From a virus (Duplodnaviria; Caudoviricetes), in the IMG/VR virus record IMGVR_UViG_2740891848_000001, positions 17,840 through 81,839 of that record: DNA of 64,000 bases; one strand, given 5' to 3'. The translations under genes and the position numbers were made by a program. Under the pieces are notes generated by a model, which was not told where the DNA came from, did not search any database, and saw only the letters and a program-made list of their open reading frames with translations. Shown in pieces: positions 37,503 to 46,563 of the stretch. Position 1 is the first letter of the stretch. Every line of letters starts with the position of its first letter.

Positions 37503-37519
37503 ATTGGATCACCACCACC

Positions 37520-37957
37520 ATGACCACCACCATTCAAAAACGCCAAGCGCCTGACCCGCGCTTCAAAGTCAAGGTCAACGGCGAAGAGCGTACACTTTTC
37601 ATGTCGTTCGGCTTGCTCAACGAGATCTGTCGCGCGATCGGCGGTCTCGAAGCCGCCATCCAGATCCCGGTCGACAACGAACTGCGCGACTATAGCCTGC
37701 TGGCTGTGCTCTCGACGCGTGACGCAGAAGGGCACGTCGCGGAAGGCGGCGCTATCAACCTGCGCACTCTCGACATCGCAATCGACGATGTCGAAGAACT
37801 GCTGGCGTGGATCACCGATCACGTCACTGATTTTTTTCTGCGGACGATGGAGAGAGTCGTCACGGGTCAGAGAAAGAACGAAGAGCGGTTCCTGGCTCTC
37901 GCGAAAAACAAAAAGCCGGAAGACTCACAGCCTACACCGACTGGTTCCGCGGCCTAA
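37520..37957 (+). CDS. Tail assembly chaperone (lambda G-like)
   Basis: Lies between the tail tube and tape measure genes. Confidence 0.65.
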   Translation: MTTTIQKRQAPDPRFKVKVNGEERTLFMSFGLLNEICRAIGGLEAAIQIPVDNELRDYSLLAVLSTRDAEGHVAEGGAINLRTLDIAIDDVEELLAWITDHVTDFFLRTMERVVTGQRKNEERFLALAKNKKPEDSQPTPTGSAA

Positions 37958-38244
37958 GCTTCCTGGAGGGGCTGTGCTGGTCGTTCGACGTGGTCCCCTC
38001 CGAAGCCACGGGAATTATCTGGAAGTACACCCGCGAGGACATTAAAATTCGCACACGGCTGCGTTTGGGTGAAGCTCAAGCGCAGCACATGCAGGAATAT
38101 CAGACGTTCGCTACCCTTCTCTCCGGAGTCCTCGGCACGAAAGAGGATGATTCAAGTCCCGAATCGGACGCTTCATCCTCAGGAGTACCTAGTAACTTCG
38201 CGGATGCGCAGCGTCAACTCGCAGCAGTCTTCGGGAAATCATAG
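37901..38244 (+). CDS. -1 frameshift extension of the tail chaperone (GT-like)
   Basis: GCG AAA AAC AAA AAG slippery run at 37901-37915; the -1 frame is open to 38244 (..GRLTAYTDWFRGLSFLEGLCWSFDVVPSEA..). Confidence 0.6.
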
Positions 38245-38246
38245 GC

Positions 38247-41200
38247 ATGGCCAATCAAGAGCAGGTTAAGAACTTTGAAGTGGGCCTTGGCCCCACCGAA
38301 GATACCCTTCGGCAGTTTTCACAGCTGAAGGATGTGTTGGGTGTTATCTATAATCAGTTGACCAAGGTGAAGGCCGCTGCCGCTGAGATCCAGATCGGCG
38401 GCGTCGGCGCGCGCGGACCCAACGACCCTGCTCTTTCCCAACAGCTCGCTGCCTTGCAGGCCGAGCTGCGCACGCTCCTCGGCTCCGTCCGCTCGGGTGG
38501 CCCGAACGCCCAACTGAACTCTGCCATAATCTCTGGCCAGCAGCAGCAGAAGCAATTCTCTGACGGACGCCTCGACCTCGAAAGCGCGCGTGTCGCGAAT
38601 GCCCAGGCTGAGCGCCGTGTGATGCTCGCGAAGCAGGAAAACATCGCTGCTGAAGCGAAGCGCCAGTATGCCGCCGAAGAGATCGGCATGACACGCGAGA
38701 TCGAGCAGGTAACACTGCGCGTCGCCGCCGCGCAGCGTTCGCTCACGCAGGCCAGACTCGAGGAGGACCGAGTAGCGGAAGCCACATCGAAGCGCACCAT
38801 CCGCGACTCGCAGCAACGCCTGCAACAGATCCGCGATGAGTTGGAGCTACGCGAGCGCGGCGCGAAGGTGCGGCTCGGTAACACGCTCGATGCGGGAGGT
38901 GATGCCTCGGCAGCGCAAACCCAGCTGAAAGCTGTGCAGGACGCCCGAGCAGCGCTGTCTGGGTCCATCCGTAACGCGGCCGGCGCGATCCGACTGGCTG
39001 AAGGCGAGGCCAACCGTGCGCTCACCCAGCGAACGGCGCCGGTCAACACCGCCCAAAATGCGGCTGTCCGCGAGGATCGCCGCCGCGACTATGAGAAGGA
39101 GCTGGCCGCGGCCGATGTCGGCCCACCGGTCGACCTCTACTACAAGGAGCTTCAGCGCCAATCCAAGGCTCGTGAAGCTGCCGCCGCGCAGGCTCGCAAG
39201 GAAGAGCAGGCTGCGTTCGACCGCACGCAAAACCTGATTCGACCGGCACAGTACGAAGACGTGAAACGTCAGCAGGAAGCCGAGCGTCTAGCCGCCCAGA
39301 TCGGCCCGCCTGTTGACCTTTTCTACAAAGAGCTTCAACGCAAGGTCGCCCAACTCGAAGCTGCCTCGCAGAAAGCCGCACGCGAAGCGCAGGCCATCTT
39401 CAATCGGCAGCAGAGCCTGATCCGGCCCGCGCAGTTGGAGGACCAGAGACGCCAGGCTGAAGCCGAACAGTTGGCTGCTCAGATCGGCCCACCCATCGAA
39501 CTCTTCTACAAAGAGCTTCAGAAGCGCAACGCCGAGATGCAACGGACGATTGCCAAGGCCGAGGAAGAGCGCAAGAAGCAGGAAGAAGCGTTCAACCGCG
39601 CAGGCGCGAAGATCGGCCCCGACCGTGCGACCCTCCTCCGTTTGCGCGACCAGCAGATGGCCAAGGAGCAGCAGCAGCAGGAATCGAACTCCGACACCCG
39701 CCAGCGCCGGCATGACCTGACGCTCGGCGATGGGGGCGCTTCCATCGCCATGACTCAGGCCGCGCTGACCACGAACTACTTCGTGACGCAGGGCATCGTC
39801 AACGCTTTCAAGTCGGCCATCCAGTTCACGGTCGAGTATGAGGAAGCGCTTGCGCACCTGAAGACCATCGCGGGTGCTACCGAAGGTCAGATGTCCTCGC
39901 TGGAAGGCACCATCGAGGGCGTCTCGAACATTACGCGCTACGGTGCGGTTGATCTGACGAAAGCAGCCGCAGCCCTGTCGGAGACTGGCGTCACGGTCGG
40001 CCAGATGGGTGTCGCGCTCAAGGGCGTCGCCGACCTAGCTACCGCAACTGGCGAAGACTTCAATAAGACGGTAGACACCGTCACGGGGGCACTCGGCGCG
40101 TTCAAGCTGTCGGCGACCGACACGGTCGACATCACGAACATGATCGCCCAAGCGGTCAATTCGTCACGCTTGACGATGGACAAGCTGAAAACGTCTATCG
40201 AAACGGCGGGCGAAACCGCAAGCGAAGCGGGTGTCTCGTTCAAGGAAATGCTGGCCGCCAACGTGGCCATCACGAATACCGGCACGGCCTCGGGTGCCAC
40301 CCTCGGTGGTGGCTTGCGCTCGCTGCTGACCGACCTCGAAAAGCCGAGTGACAAGTTCAAGGCTACGCTCGAACGCGTCGGCCTGACCGAAGACGACATC
40401 AACGTCAAGACGCAAGGGCTGTATGGCGCGATGTCGAACCTGCATGACGCTGGCTTCGATGCAGCAGACGCCATGCAGTCGTTCGACGCCCGCGCCGCGT
40501 CAGCGTATACCGCCCTCTCGGGCAACCTGAAGGCATTCGCGGAATTCGAAACCGGCCTGAACTCCACTGACGCCGCCGCGCGCGCCAACGCCGACCAGAT
40601 GAAGACGCTCGGCGCGCAATACGACCGCTTCAAGAACCAGACGAGCCTGCTGGTGGGCGAAGGCTTCAAACCCCTGCTCGACGGCTTCAAGGAGGTCGTG
40701 TCGATCACGGCCGACGCCGAGACCGGCATCCGGAACATGAGCGGCGTCGTAGAAACCGCTGGCACGGTCTTAGGTGGCACCGCCATTGCCTTGGGCACGC
40801 AGTACGTAGGCAAGCTCGGGGGCGGTCTCGTCGGCCTCGCTACGGGAGGTTTCGCGGCTGCTGAGGGCATGGCAGCAATCGGCGCGTCCCTCGGTCTATG
40901 GGTGGGCGTCGCTGCTGCTGCCGCCGCTGGTGTCGCGTATCTGATCAATCGGCTCGGTGACTCGAAGAAAGCTTTCGAGGAACAAATGACCGCCGTCAAC
41001 ACAGCCAAGGACACGCTCACCGAATCCAAGCAAGCCTACGACAGCGTCGGCACGACAATCGAAACGTTGACCAGCAAGATGGATGCGCTTAACAAGCATC
41101 CGGAGATGTTGAAGCGCGAGATCGACGATGTCGGCAAGCAGTTTGAAAAGTACGGCGAACAGTTGGACAAGAGTGTCATCCAAAAGACTGAAGACCTAAT

Positions 41201-44200
41201 CACGGTCCTCAAAAAGCTGCACGATCAGCTCGGCCAGAAGTACGAACTGAACACTGTGATGCTCGGCCAGCAGCTCGATCTGATGACGGTGCAAGCCCAG
41301 CAGAAGGTTCAGGAAACGAACTCGCAGTTCGGTCGCAACGCCTTCAATGGCCCGATGAACGCGATCGACCGGGTGCGCCCTGCTCGATCTGGGGAATACG
41401 TCGAAGGCACAGTCGGGGGGCTACTGGAAAGCGACTCACAGTTCAACATTTTGCCGAACGGTCGGCGTTCGAAAGGCTTTGCTGACCTCGGCACCGGCCT
41501 GACTTCGGACAACATCGACTCCTTCGTCAAGCTCCTCGGTGACGTGGGGGTTAAGGATCTCGACAAGATCACGGCTGGCTTCAAGGCCGCGCTCAACCCC
41601 AACGCAACGGCAGATGTCGGAAACGACCCCGAGAAGGCGCAGGCCTACCTGAACTTGCTCGCCCAAGCCAACACAGGCCTGACCGCTGCCCAGATCAACC
41701 TCGGGCAGCAGCGCAATGCGGTTGGCACCGACGACGCCACCAAGCAGCGCATCGACGCACTGGTGCAGATCTTCGGCAATGCAGCGAACGAGCTGAAGAA
41801 GTCCGTCGAGGCAGGGCAGACACTTGCCGGAAACCTGAGCCAGAAGAAAGTCACAGCCGCTGATGTCGCCAACATCCAGTACGAGAACAGCAACCCCGGC
41901 GCGCTGGCTCGACGCGCGGGTGTCGAACAGGTCATCCAGCGCTCCGTTGCGATGCGTACTACTGGTCTCAGCAGCAACCGGGGTATCGACGACATCTGGG
42001 CTGCGCAGATCCAGGCTGAGAGCCGTGGGCAGCAGTTCGACGCCAACGGCAACGTCCTGACCTCCAGCAAAGGCGCAATGGGCGTCGCTCAAGTCCGTCT
42101 TCCGACTGGTCCAGAAGCCGCCCGCTTGGCCAACGAGAAGTGGGACGAGAACAAGTTCCGCAATGACGCCTCGTACAACGAGAAGCTGGGCAAGGCATAC
42201 ATGTCGCATATGCTCGACCTGTATGGCGGCAACAACACGCTGGCACTGGCGGCGTACAACTGGGGGCAAGGCAACGTCAACAACCTGCTCGCGCAGAAGA
42301 ACAAAGACGGAACGACAAACGACTTCCGGATTTTGTCGAACAACCTGACCGAGACCGACTTCATCGACAAGCTGCCGAAGGAGACGCGCAACTATATCGC
42401 GCGTATCGGTGGTAGCGGCGCTGGCAACCTTGGTCGCTTCGATCGTCTGAACAGCAGCATTGAGGTCGCCTCGCAGGTCAGGGACTTGAACGACCTGGTC
42501 CAGAGCCTGACCGCGCAGCGCGACGCCAGCAAGGGCAACGCTCCGGAGACGGCCTCCGTCGAGAAACAGCTGGTCGCCGCGAAGAACGAGCTGGCAGCGT
42601 GGGAAAAACGCTTCGACGACGCGCGTGTGTCGGCCGCGCCGGCATTAAAGAAGGCATCGTCTGCCGACGAAGCGGCGCTGAACGCGCACATCAAGGCGCT
42701 GAACGGCCAGATCGGCAATTCCCGAGACATCGACGAGGTCAAGGCGATCAACGACCAGGCCGACAAGACTATCGAGGCGGTGTACGGCCGGAAGATAGAC
42801 ACGTTGCGTTCGATCAGCCCTCGGGTCAAGACCGCAGACGGTACGCTCGACTATACCTCTGAGGTTCGCCAGCAGATCGAATCGCTCCAGAACGAGCGCG
42901 ACGAGAAGATCAAGGCTCAGGACGAAGCCGTCAAGAAGCACATCGAGTCGATCAAGGACGCGCTGGACAAGGCTGAGCTGAAGAAGAACCTCGAAGCCGA
43001 GGCTCAGCAGTTCAAGGACGAGATGTCGGACCTGAAGAACCGACAAGCTGCGGAGTCTACGACGCACAGCATCTCGCTGAAGCAGGCCGAGCAGCCGTTG
43101 AAGAACGATCAGGCTCAAGCGTCATACATGTCCGATCCCCGCTACTCGGCGCGTTTCAGCCAGGTGCAACGCACCGCCCTGTCGTTCCAGACAGCAGCCG
43201 ACACCGACCTGAAAGATCAAGCCACTCTGGCCGAAGACCGCCGTCACCAACTGCAACTTCAGGCTGAAGAGGAGCAGGCACGTTCCGCGTTCTCACGCAC
43301 TGGCTCCAAGCTGACGGATCGTCAGGACGCGCTGGCCAAATCGAGCGACGACAAAGAGCAAGCTCGTATTCAGCAGCAAATCAACCAGTTGCTTGACGAG
43401 CAACGCTCGCAGGAAGAAAAGGTTACCGCAGCGTCCGACAAGCGCAAGAAGAACGCCGAAACTATCCTGGAGCTGGAAGAGAAGATCAAGTCCAAGAACG
43501 CTCAGCCTATGAGCCTGATGGACGGCATCAACGCCGCGAACTCGAACTTCATGCAACAGCATGACCTGATGGCCAACGCAATCGACGGCTACAACAGCAT
43601 GCTCGGCACGGCCCAAAACTCGTTCGCGCAGTTTTTCGACAGCATCGCAACCGGCTCACGAACGGCCGGCCAGGCGATCGGCGACTTCGCACGCTCGTTC
43701 CTGAAGGCAATGTTGCAGATCCTCGAACAGCAGGCCGCGCTTGCTGCCGTGAAAGCGATCATCTCTGCGTTCGGAGGAGCCTTTGGCAGCTCGGGACAGG
43801 CTGCTGGCACCACCTCTGGTACGAACGCCTATGGCTTCACCATGCCGGCCGGCTCGATCCAAGGCGGCTCGGTCAGCACAACCGGCCTGGTTACCCGCAG
43901 CGGCGGCATCTCGCGCTTCATTGGTGGCGGCTCGGTCCCTGGCTCGATCACGACCCGCGACTCGGTCAACGCGTTCCTTCGCCCCGGCGAATACGTGATG
44001 AACAAGGACGCCACCGACATGGTCGGCACGGACTTCCTCGACGGCCTGAACTCGAAGGGCAACCGGATGATCTCGAAGAGCACACCGGCTCCATTGCCGA
44101 AACGGGATACGAAGCCTTCGTTCACGAACGTCTGGGTCGTCGCTCCGGATCAGAAGCCGCAAATGGGGCCGAGCGACGTGGTTGCGATTATGAGCGACGA

Positions 44201-44258
44201 CATCATGCGCGGCGGAACGACGAAACAACTGATCAAGCAAGTGGCAATGGGTGCTTAA
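38247..44258 (+). CDS. Tape measure protein with an internal lytic transglycosylase (SLT) domain
   Basis: 2003 aa, Ala/Gln-rich helical, TMP core. SLT motifs QAESRG...GAMGVAQ...ALAAYNWGQGNV at about 41990-42410. Confidence 0.92.
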   Translation: MANQEQVKNFEVGLGPTEDTLRQFSQLKDVLGVIYNQLTKVKAAAAEIQIGGVGARGPNDPALSQQLAALQAELRTLLGSVRSGGPNAQLNSAIISGQQQQKQFSDGRLDLESARVANAQAERRVMLAKQENIAAEAKRQYAAEEIGMTREIEQVTLRVAAAQRSLTQARLEEDRVAEATSKRTIRDSQQRLQQIRDELELRERGAKVRLGNTLDAGGDASAAQTQLKAVQDARAALSGSIRNAAGAIRLAEGEANRALTQRTAPVNTAQNAAVREDRRRDYEKELAAADVGPPVDLYYKELQRQSKAREAAAAQARKEEQAAFDRTQNLIRPAQYEDVKRQQEAERLAAQIGPPVDLFYKELQRKVAQLEAASQKAAREAQAIFNRQQSLIRPAQLEDQRRQAEAEQLAAQIGPPIELFYKELQKRNAEMQRTIAKAEEERKKQEEAFNRAGAKIGPDRATLLRLRDQQMAKEQQQQESNSDTRQRRHDLTLGDGGASIAMTQAALTTNYFVTQGIVNAFKSAIQFTVEYEEALAHLKTIAGATEGQMSSLEGTIEGVSNITRYGAVDLTKAAAALSETGVTVGQMGVALKGVADLATATGEDFNKTVDTVTGALGAFKLSATDTVDITNMIAQAVNSSRLTMDKLKTSIETAGETASEAGVSFKEMLAANVAITNTGTASGATLGGGLRSLLTDLEKPSDKFKATLERVGLTEDDINVKTQGLYGAMSNLHDAGFDAADAMQSFDARAASAYTALSGNLKAFAEFETGLNSTDAAARANADQMKTLGAQYDRFKNQTSLLVGEGFKPLLDGFKEVVSITADAETGIRNMSGVVETAGTVLGGTAIALGTQYVGKLGGGLVGLATGGFAAAEGMAAIGASLGLWVGVAAAAAAGVAYLINRLGDSKKAFEEQMTAVNTAKDTLTESKQAYDSVGTTIETLTSKMDALNKHPEMLKREIDDVGKQFEKYGEQLDKSVIQKTEDLITVLKKLHDQLGQKYELNTVMLGQQLDLMTVQAQQKVQETNSQFGRNAFNGPMNAIDRVRPARSGEYVEGTVGGLLESDSQFNILPNGRRSKGFADLGTGLTSDNIDSFVKLLGDVGVKDLDKITAGFKAALNPNATADVGNDPEKAQAYLNLLAQANTGLTAAQINLGQQRNAVGTDDATKQRIDALVQIFGNAANELKKSVEAGQTLAGNLSQKKVTAADVANIQYENSNPGALARRAGVEQVIQRSVAMRTTGLSSNRGIDDIWAAQIQAESRGQQFDANGNVLTSSKGAMGVAQVRLPTGPEAARLANEKWDENKFRNDASYNEKLGKAYMSHMLDLYGGNNTLALAAYNWGQGNVNNLLAQKNKDGTTNDFRILSNNLTETDFIDKLPKETRNYIARIGGSGAGNLGRFDRLNSSIEVASQVRDLNDLVQSLTAQRDASKGNAPETASVEKQLVAAKNELAAWEKRFDDARVSAAPALKKASSADEAALNAHIKALNGQIGNSRDIDEVKAINDQADKTIEAVYGRKIDTLRSISPRVKTADGTLDYTSEVRQQIESLQNERDEKIKAQDEAVKKHIESIKDALDKAELKKNLEAEAQQFKDEMSDLKNRQAAESTTHSISLKQAEQPLKNDQAQASYMSDPRYSARFSQVQRTALSFQTAADTDLKDQATLAEDRRHQLQLQAEEEQARSAFSRTGSKLTDRQDALAKSSDDKEQARIQQQINQLLDEQRSQEEKVTAASDKRKKNAETILELEEKIKSKNAQPMSLMDGINAANSNFMQQHDLMANAIDGYNSMLGTAQNSFAQFFDSIATGSRTAGQAIGDFARSFLKAMLQILEQQAALAAVKAIISAFGGAFGSSGQAAGTTSGTNAYGFTMPAGSIQGGSVSTTGLVTRSGGISRFIGGGSVPGSITTRDSVNAFLRPGEYVMNKDATDMVGTDFLDGLNSKGNRMISKSTPAPLPKRDTKPSFTNVWVVAPDQKPQMGPSDVVAIMSDDIMRGGTTKQLIKQVAMGA

Positions 44259-44653
44259 TGACCGCGACACTACCTACCTTTGACTTCCCGAACCACATGG
44301 TTCGGGAAACCTACCCAGATCCGGGGACAACCATCCAACTGGGGAACTCGTATCGCTTTGCGACGCCACCAACGGCTCCGGATCAGCGTGTCTTCACGTT
44401 GAGCTTCCAGTCAATGTGGCGCGGCATCAAAGCGGACGGCACGATTGACACCACCACCTTCTCGGAGAACAACGCAGGTCGTCTCCTGGTGTTTTACGAA
44501 GCCCACAAGCTACACAAGACCTTCCAGTACCAACACAACTGGTTGGGTCTGCTCAACGTTCGCTTCGACAAGCCGCTTGATCTGCCTAACCCGATTAAGG
44601 GCGGCGACGGCTGGACCGAAGACTTCTCAGTCGAATTCATCGAGATGCCATGA
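44258..44653 (+). CDS. Distal/minor tail protein (lambda M-like)
   Basis: Follows the tape measure gene; VFYEAHKLHKTF pattern. Confidence 0.6.
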   Translation: MTATLPTFDFPNHMVRETYPDPGTTIQLGNSYRFATPPTAPDQRVFTLSFQSMWRGIKADGTIDTTTFSENNAGRLLVFYEAHKLHKTFQYQHNWLGLLNVRFDKPLDLPNPIKGGDGWTEDFSVEFIEMP

Positions 44654-45144
44654 TTGAGAACCTTCCAGCCACCCATGTAGCAGAGGCCTATGAACTTGAC
44701 GCCGACGCGAAGATTGATCTGTTCAAGATCTCTTTGAATCAGCTATCGGGGAGCACCATTGTCTGTATGACAGCGAAGAAAGACGTTGCGTGGCAAGGGA
44801 TGACCTTTGAGTCGATCCCTATCTCGCTCTCCGGCGAAGGCGTCAATACGACCGGAGAGTGGAAACGCCCTAAGCTCTCTATCGCCAACCCTGACGGAGT
44901 GTGGTCATCCTTCGTTATGCAAGGAAAGATGGATGGTGCGCAGATCACGCGCTACCGCGTCTCGCTGACCGACCTGAACAGCAATGCAGGTATCTATCAA
45001 TTGAACACCTGGCGTGTGTCGAAGCCTTTGCAGCTGGACAAGAGGCTTGCGGTCTTCGAGCTGCGCTCTCCACTCGACGGTCAACAGTTCTTGCTGCCCG
45101 GTCGTGCCTTCTATCCCCCGGAGTACCCACATGTCTCTCTATGA
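44650..45144 (+). CDS. Minor tail protein (lambda L-like)
   Basis: RPKLSIAN...ITRYRV...FELRSPLD...LPGR. Confidence 0.65.
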   Translation: MIENLPATHVAEAYELDADAKIDLFKISLNQLSGSTIVCMTAKKDVAWQGMTFESIPISLSGEGVNTTGEWKRPKLSIANPDGVWSSFVMQGKMDGAQITRYRVSLTDLNSNAGIYQLNTWRVSKPLQLDKRLAVFELRSPLDGQQFLLPGRAFYPPEYPHVSL

Positions 45145-45649
45145 CAAGTTCACGAAGGGCTACGAGGACATCCCGTATGTGGTCGGCAAAGACGACTGCT
45201 ACGGACTCGTGCGCCGCTGGATGAAAGACAAATTCGACCTGAACTTGACGAACTACGCACGCCCCTTCGGATTTGACGACTTGGGCCTGAACCTGTTGAC
45301 GGATTACTTCAACCGGGAAGGTTTTCAGATCGTCAGTGTCCCGTTCAACAAACTGGAGATCGGTGATCTGTTGCTGATGCGACTGGCCAATCGGAGCGGC
45401 TTTCCAAACCACATCGGCATTTATGTCGGGAACGGTTACCTGCTCCATCACTTGTTCACCTACAAGTCGAAGGCTGACCCACTGACGAAGCAGTGGACAT
45501 CGCGAGTGATCGACGTGATTCGCCATCCTGATGTCACAGACAAGAACAAAGAGCTGGTCGAGAAAGTAGACCTGATGAACTTCCTTCCCCCGCACTTGAA
45601 GGCGCGCTATGAACGAATTGCTGCTGGCACATTGGAACCCACACGTTGA
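45131..45649 (+). CDS. NlpC/P60 tail-tip protein
   Basis: YVVGKDDCYGLV (catalytic Cys) and NHIGIYVGNGYLLHH. Confidence 0.85.
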   Translation: MSLYDKFTKGYEDIPYVVGKDDCYGLVRRWMKDKFDLNLTNYARPFGFDDLGLNLLTDYFNREGFQIVSVPFNKLEIGDLLLMRLANRSGFPNHIGIYVGNGYLLHHLFTYKSKADPLTKQWTSRVIDVIRHPDVTDKNKELVEKVDLMNFLPPHLKARYERIAAGTLEPTR

Positions 45650-45968
45650 GCGCTGTGGTTTCGTCCTGAAAGACGGGTCTGTCGTGGAGTGTCCCAACGT
45701 CCACAACAACCCCGAGAAATTCTTTGAAATCAGCGAGGAGTCCATCGGACAATACCGGGACCGCGTGGTAGCCACATGGCACACGCACCCCGTGACCGGG
45801 CCGAACCTATCGGCTGAGGACTACAGAGCATTTCAGGCCTACCCTGACTGGTTCCACTACATCGTCAGTGAACACGAGGTCTGGTGCTTTTACGTCCGTA
45901 ACAAGGCGGTGATTCTCGTCGATGAAAACGATCTATCTGCATGGCTCCCTGAAGGAGCGACACCCTGA
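45609..45968 (+). CDS. JAB/MPN (Mov34) tail-tip protein
   Basis: ERCGF...WHTHP...LSAED JAMM motif. Confidence 0.85.
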   Translation: MNELLLAHWNPHVERCGFVLKDGSVVECPNVHNNPEKFFEISEESIGQYRDRVVATWHTHPVTGPNLSAEDYRAFQAYPDWFHYIVSEHEVWCFYVRNKAVILVDENDLSAWLPEGATP

Positions 45969-46563
45969 TCCGATCCGCGTTCACGCGCAGACCGTTGCCG
46001 AGGCGCTAAGCGCCCTTCGGCAACTCCCTGGCTTTGATGTCGAGAACCCGGTCCCGGTCAAGGTCAAAGGGTTCGACTGCCGCGATGCATTGTTTTCACC
46101 GACCGATGAAACCGAGTTGCACGTCTACCCACCTCTCTCGGGCGGCGGCGGCAACGGTGGGCTGCTGCAAACGATCATCGGCGCGGTCATGGTCGTCGTC
46201 GGCGTGGTCGTCGGTGTATTGACCTCATGGACCGGCGTCGGTGGCGCTTTCGGCTATAGCTTGGCGATATCTGGCGCGATGATGATGCTGGGCGGCATTC
46301 TGGCAATGCTCGCACCCACCCCAAAGGTGGACAACAACAGCAGCCAGTCCCTTTACATACCGGCCAATCAAAACACCACGAAGATCGGGACGCGAATACC
46401 GCTGCTGTACGGCCGCATTCGGCACTACGGCCACTACCTGTCGTTCAACGTTGACGCTCGCAAGCTCGACGACAGCAAGATGAACCTCGCCGGTTACTGC
46501 TCCGGCAGGACCGACTCGAACGGTGTCCGCTACTCGTACGGCACAACCTGCCTGCTCGCCTGA
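45922..46563 (+). CDS. Tail assembly protein (lambda I-like)
   Basis: IYLHGSL...TVAEAL, hydrophobic Gly-rich centre, GTRIPLLYG. Confidence 0.8.
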   Translation: MKTIYLHGSLKERHPDPIRVHAQTVAEALSALRQLPGFDVENPVPVKVKGFDCRDALFSPTDETELHVYPPLSGGGGNGGLLQTIIGAVMVVVGVVVGVLTSWTGVGGAFGYSLAISGAMMMLGGILAMLAPTPKVDNNSSQSLYIPANQNTTKIGTRIPLLYGRIRHYGHYLSFNVDARKLDDSKMNLAGYCSGRTDSNGVRYSYGTTCLLA

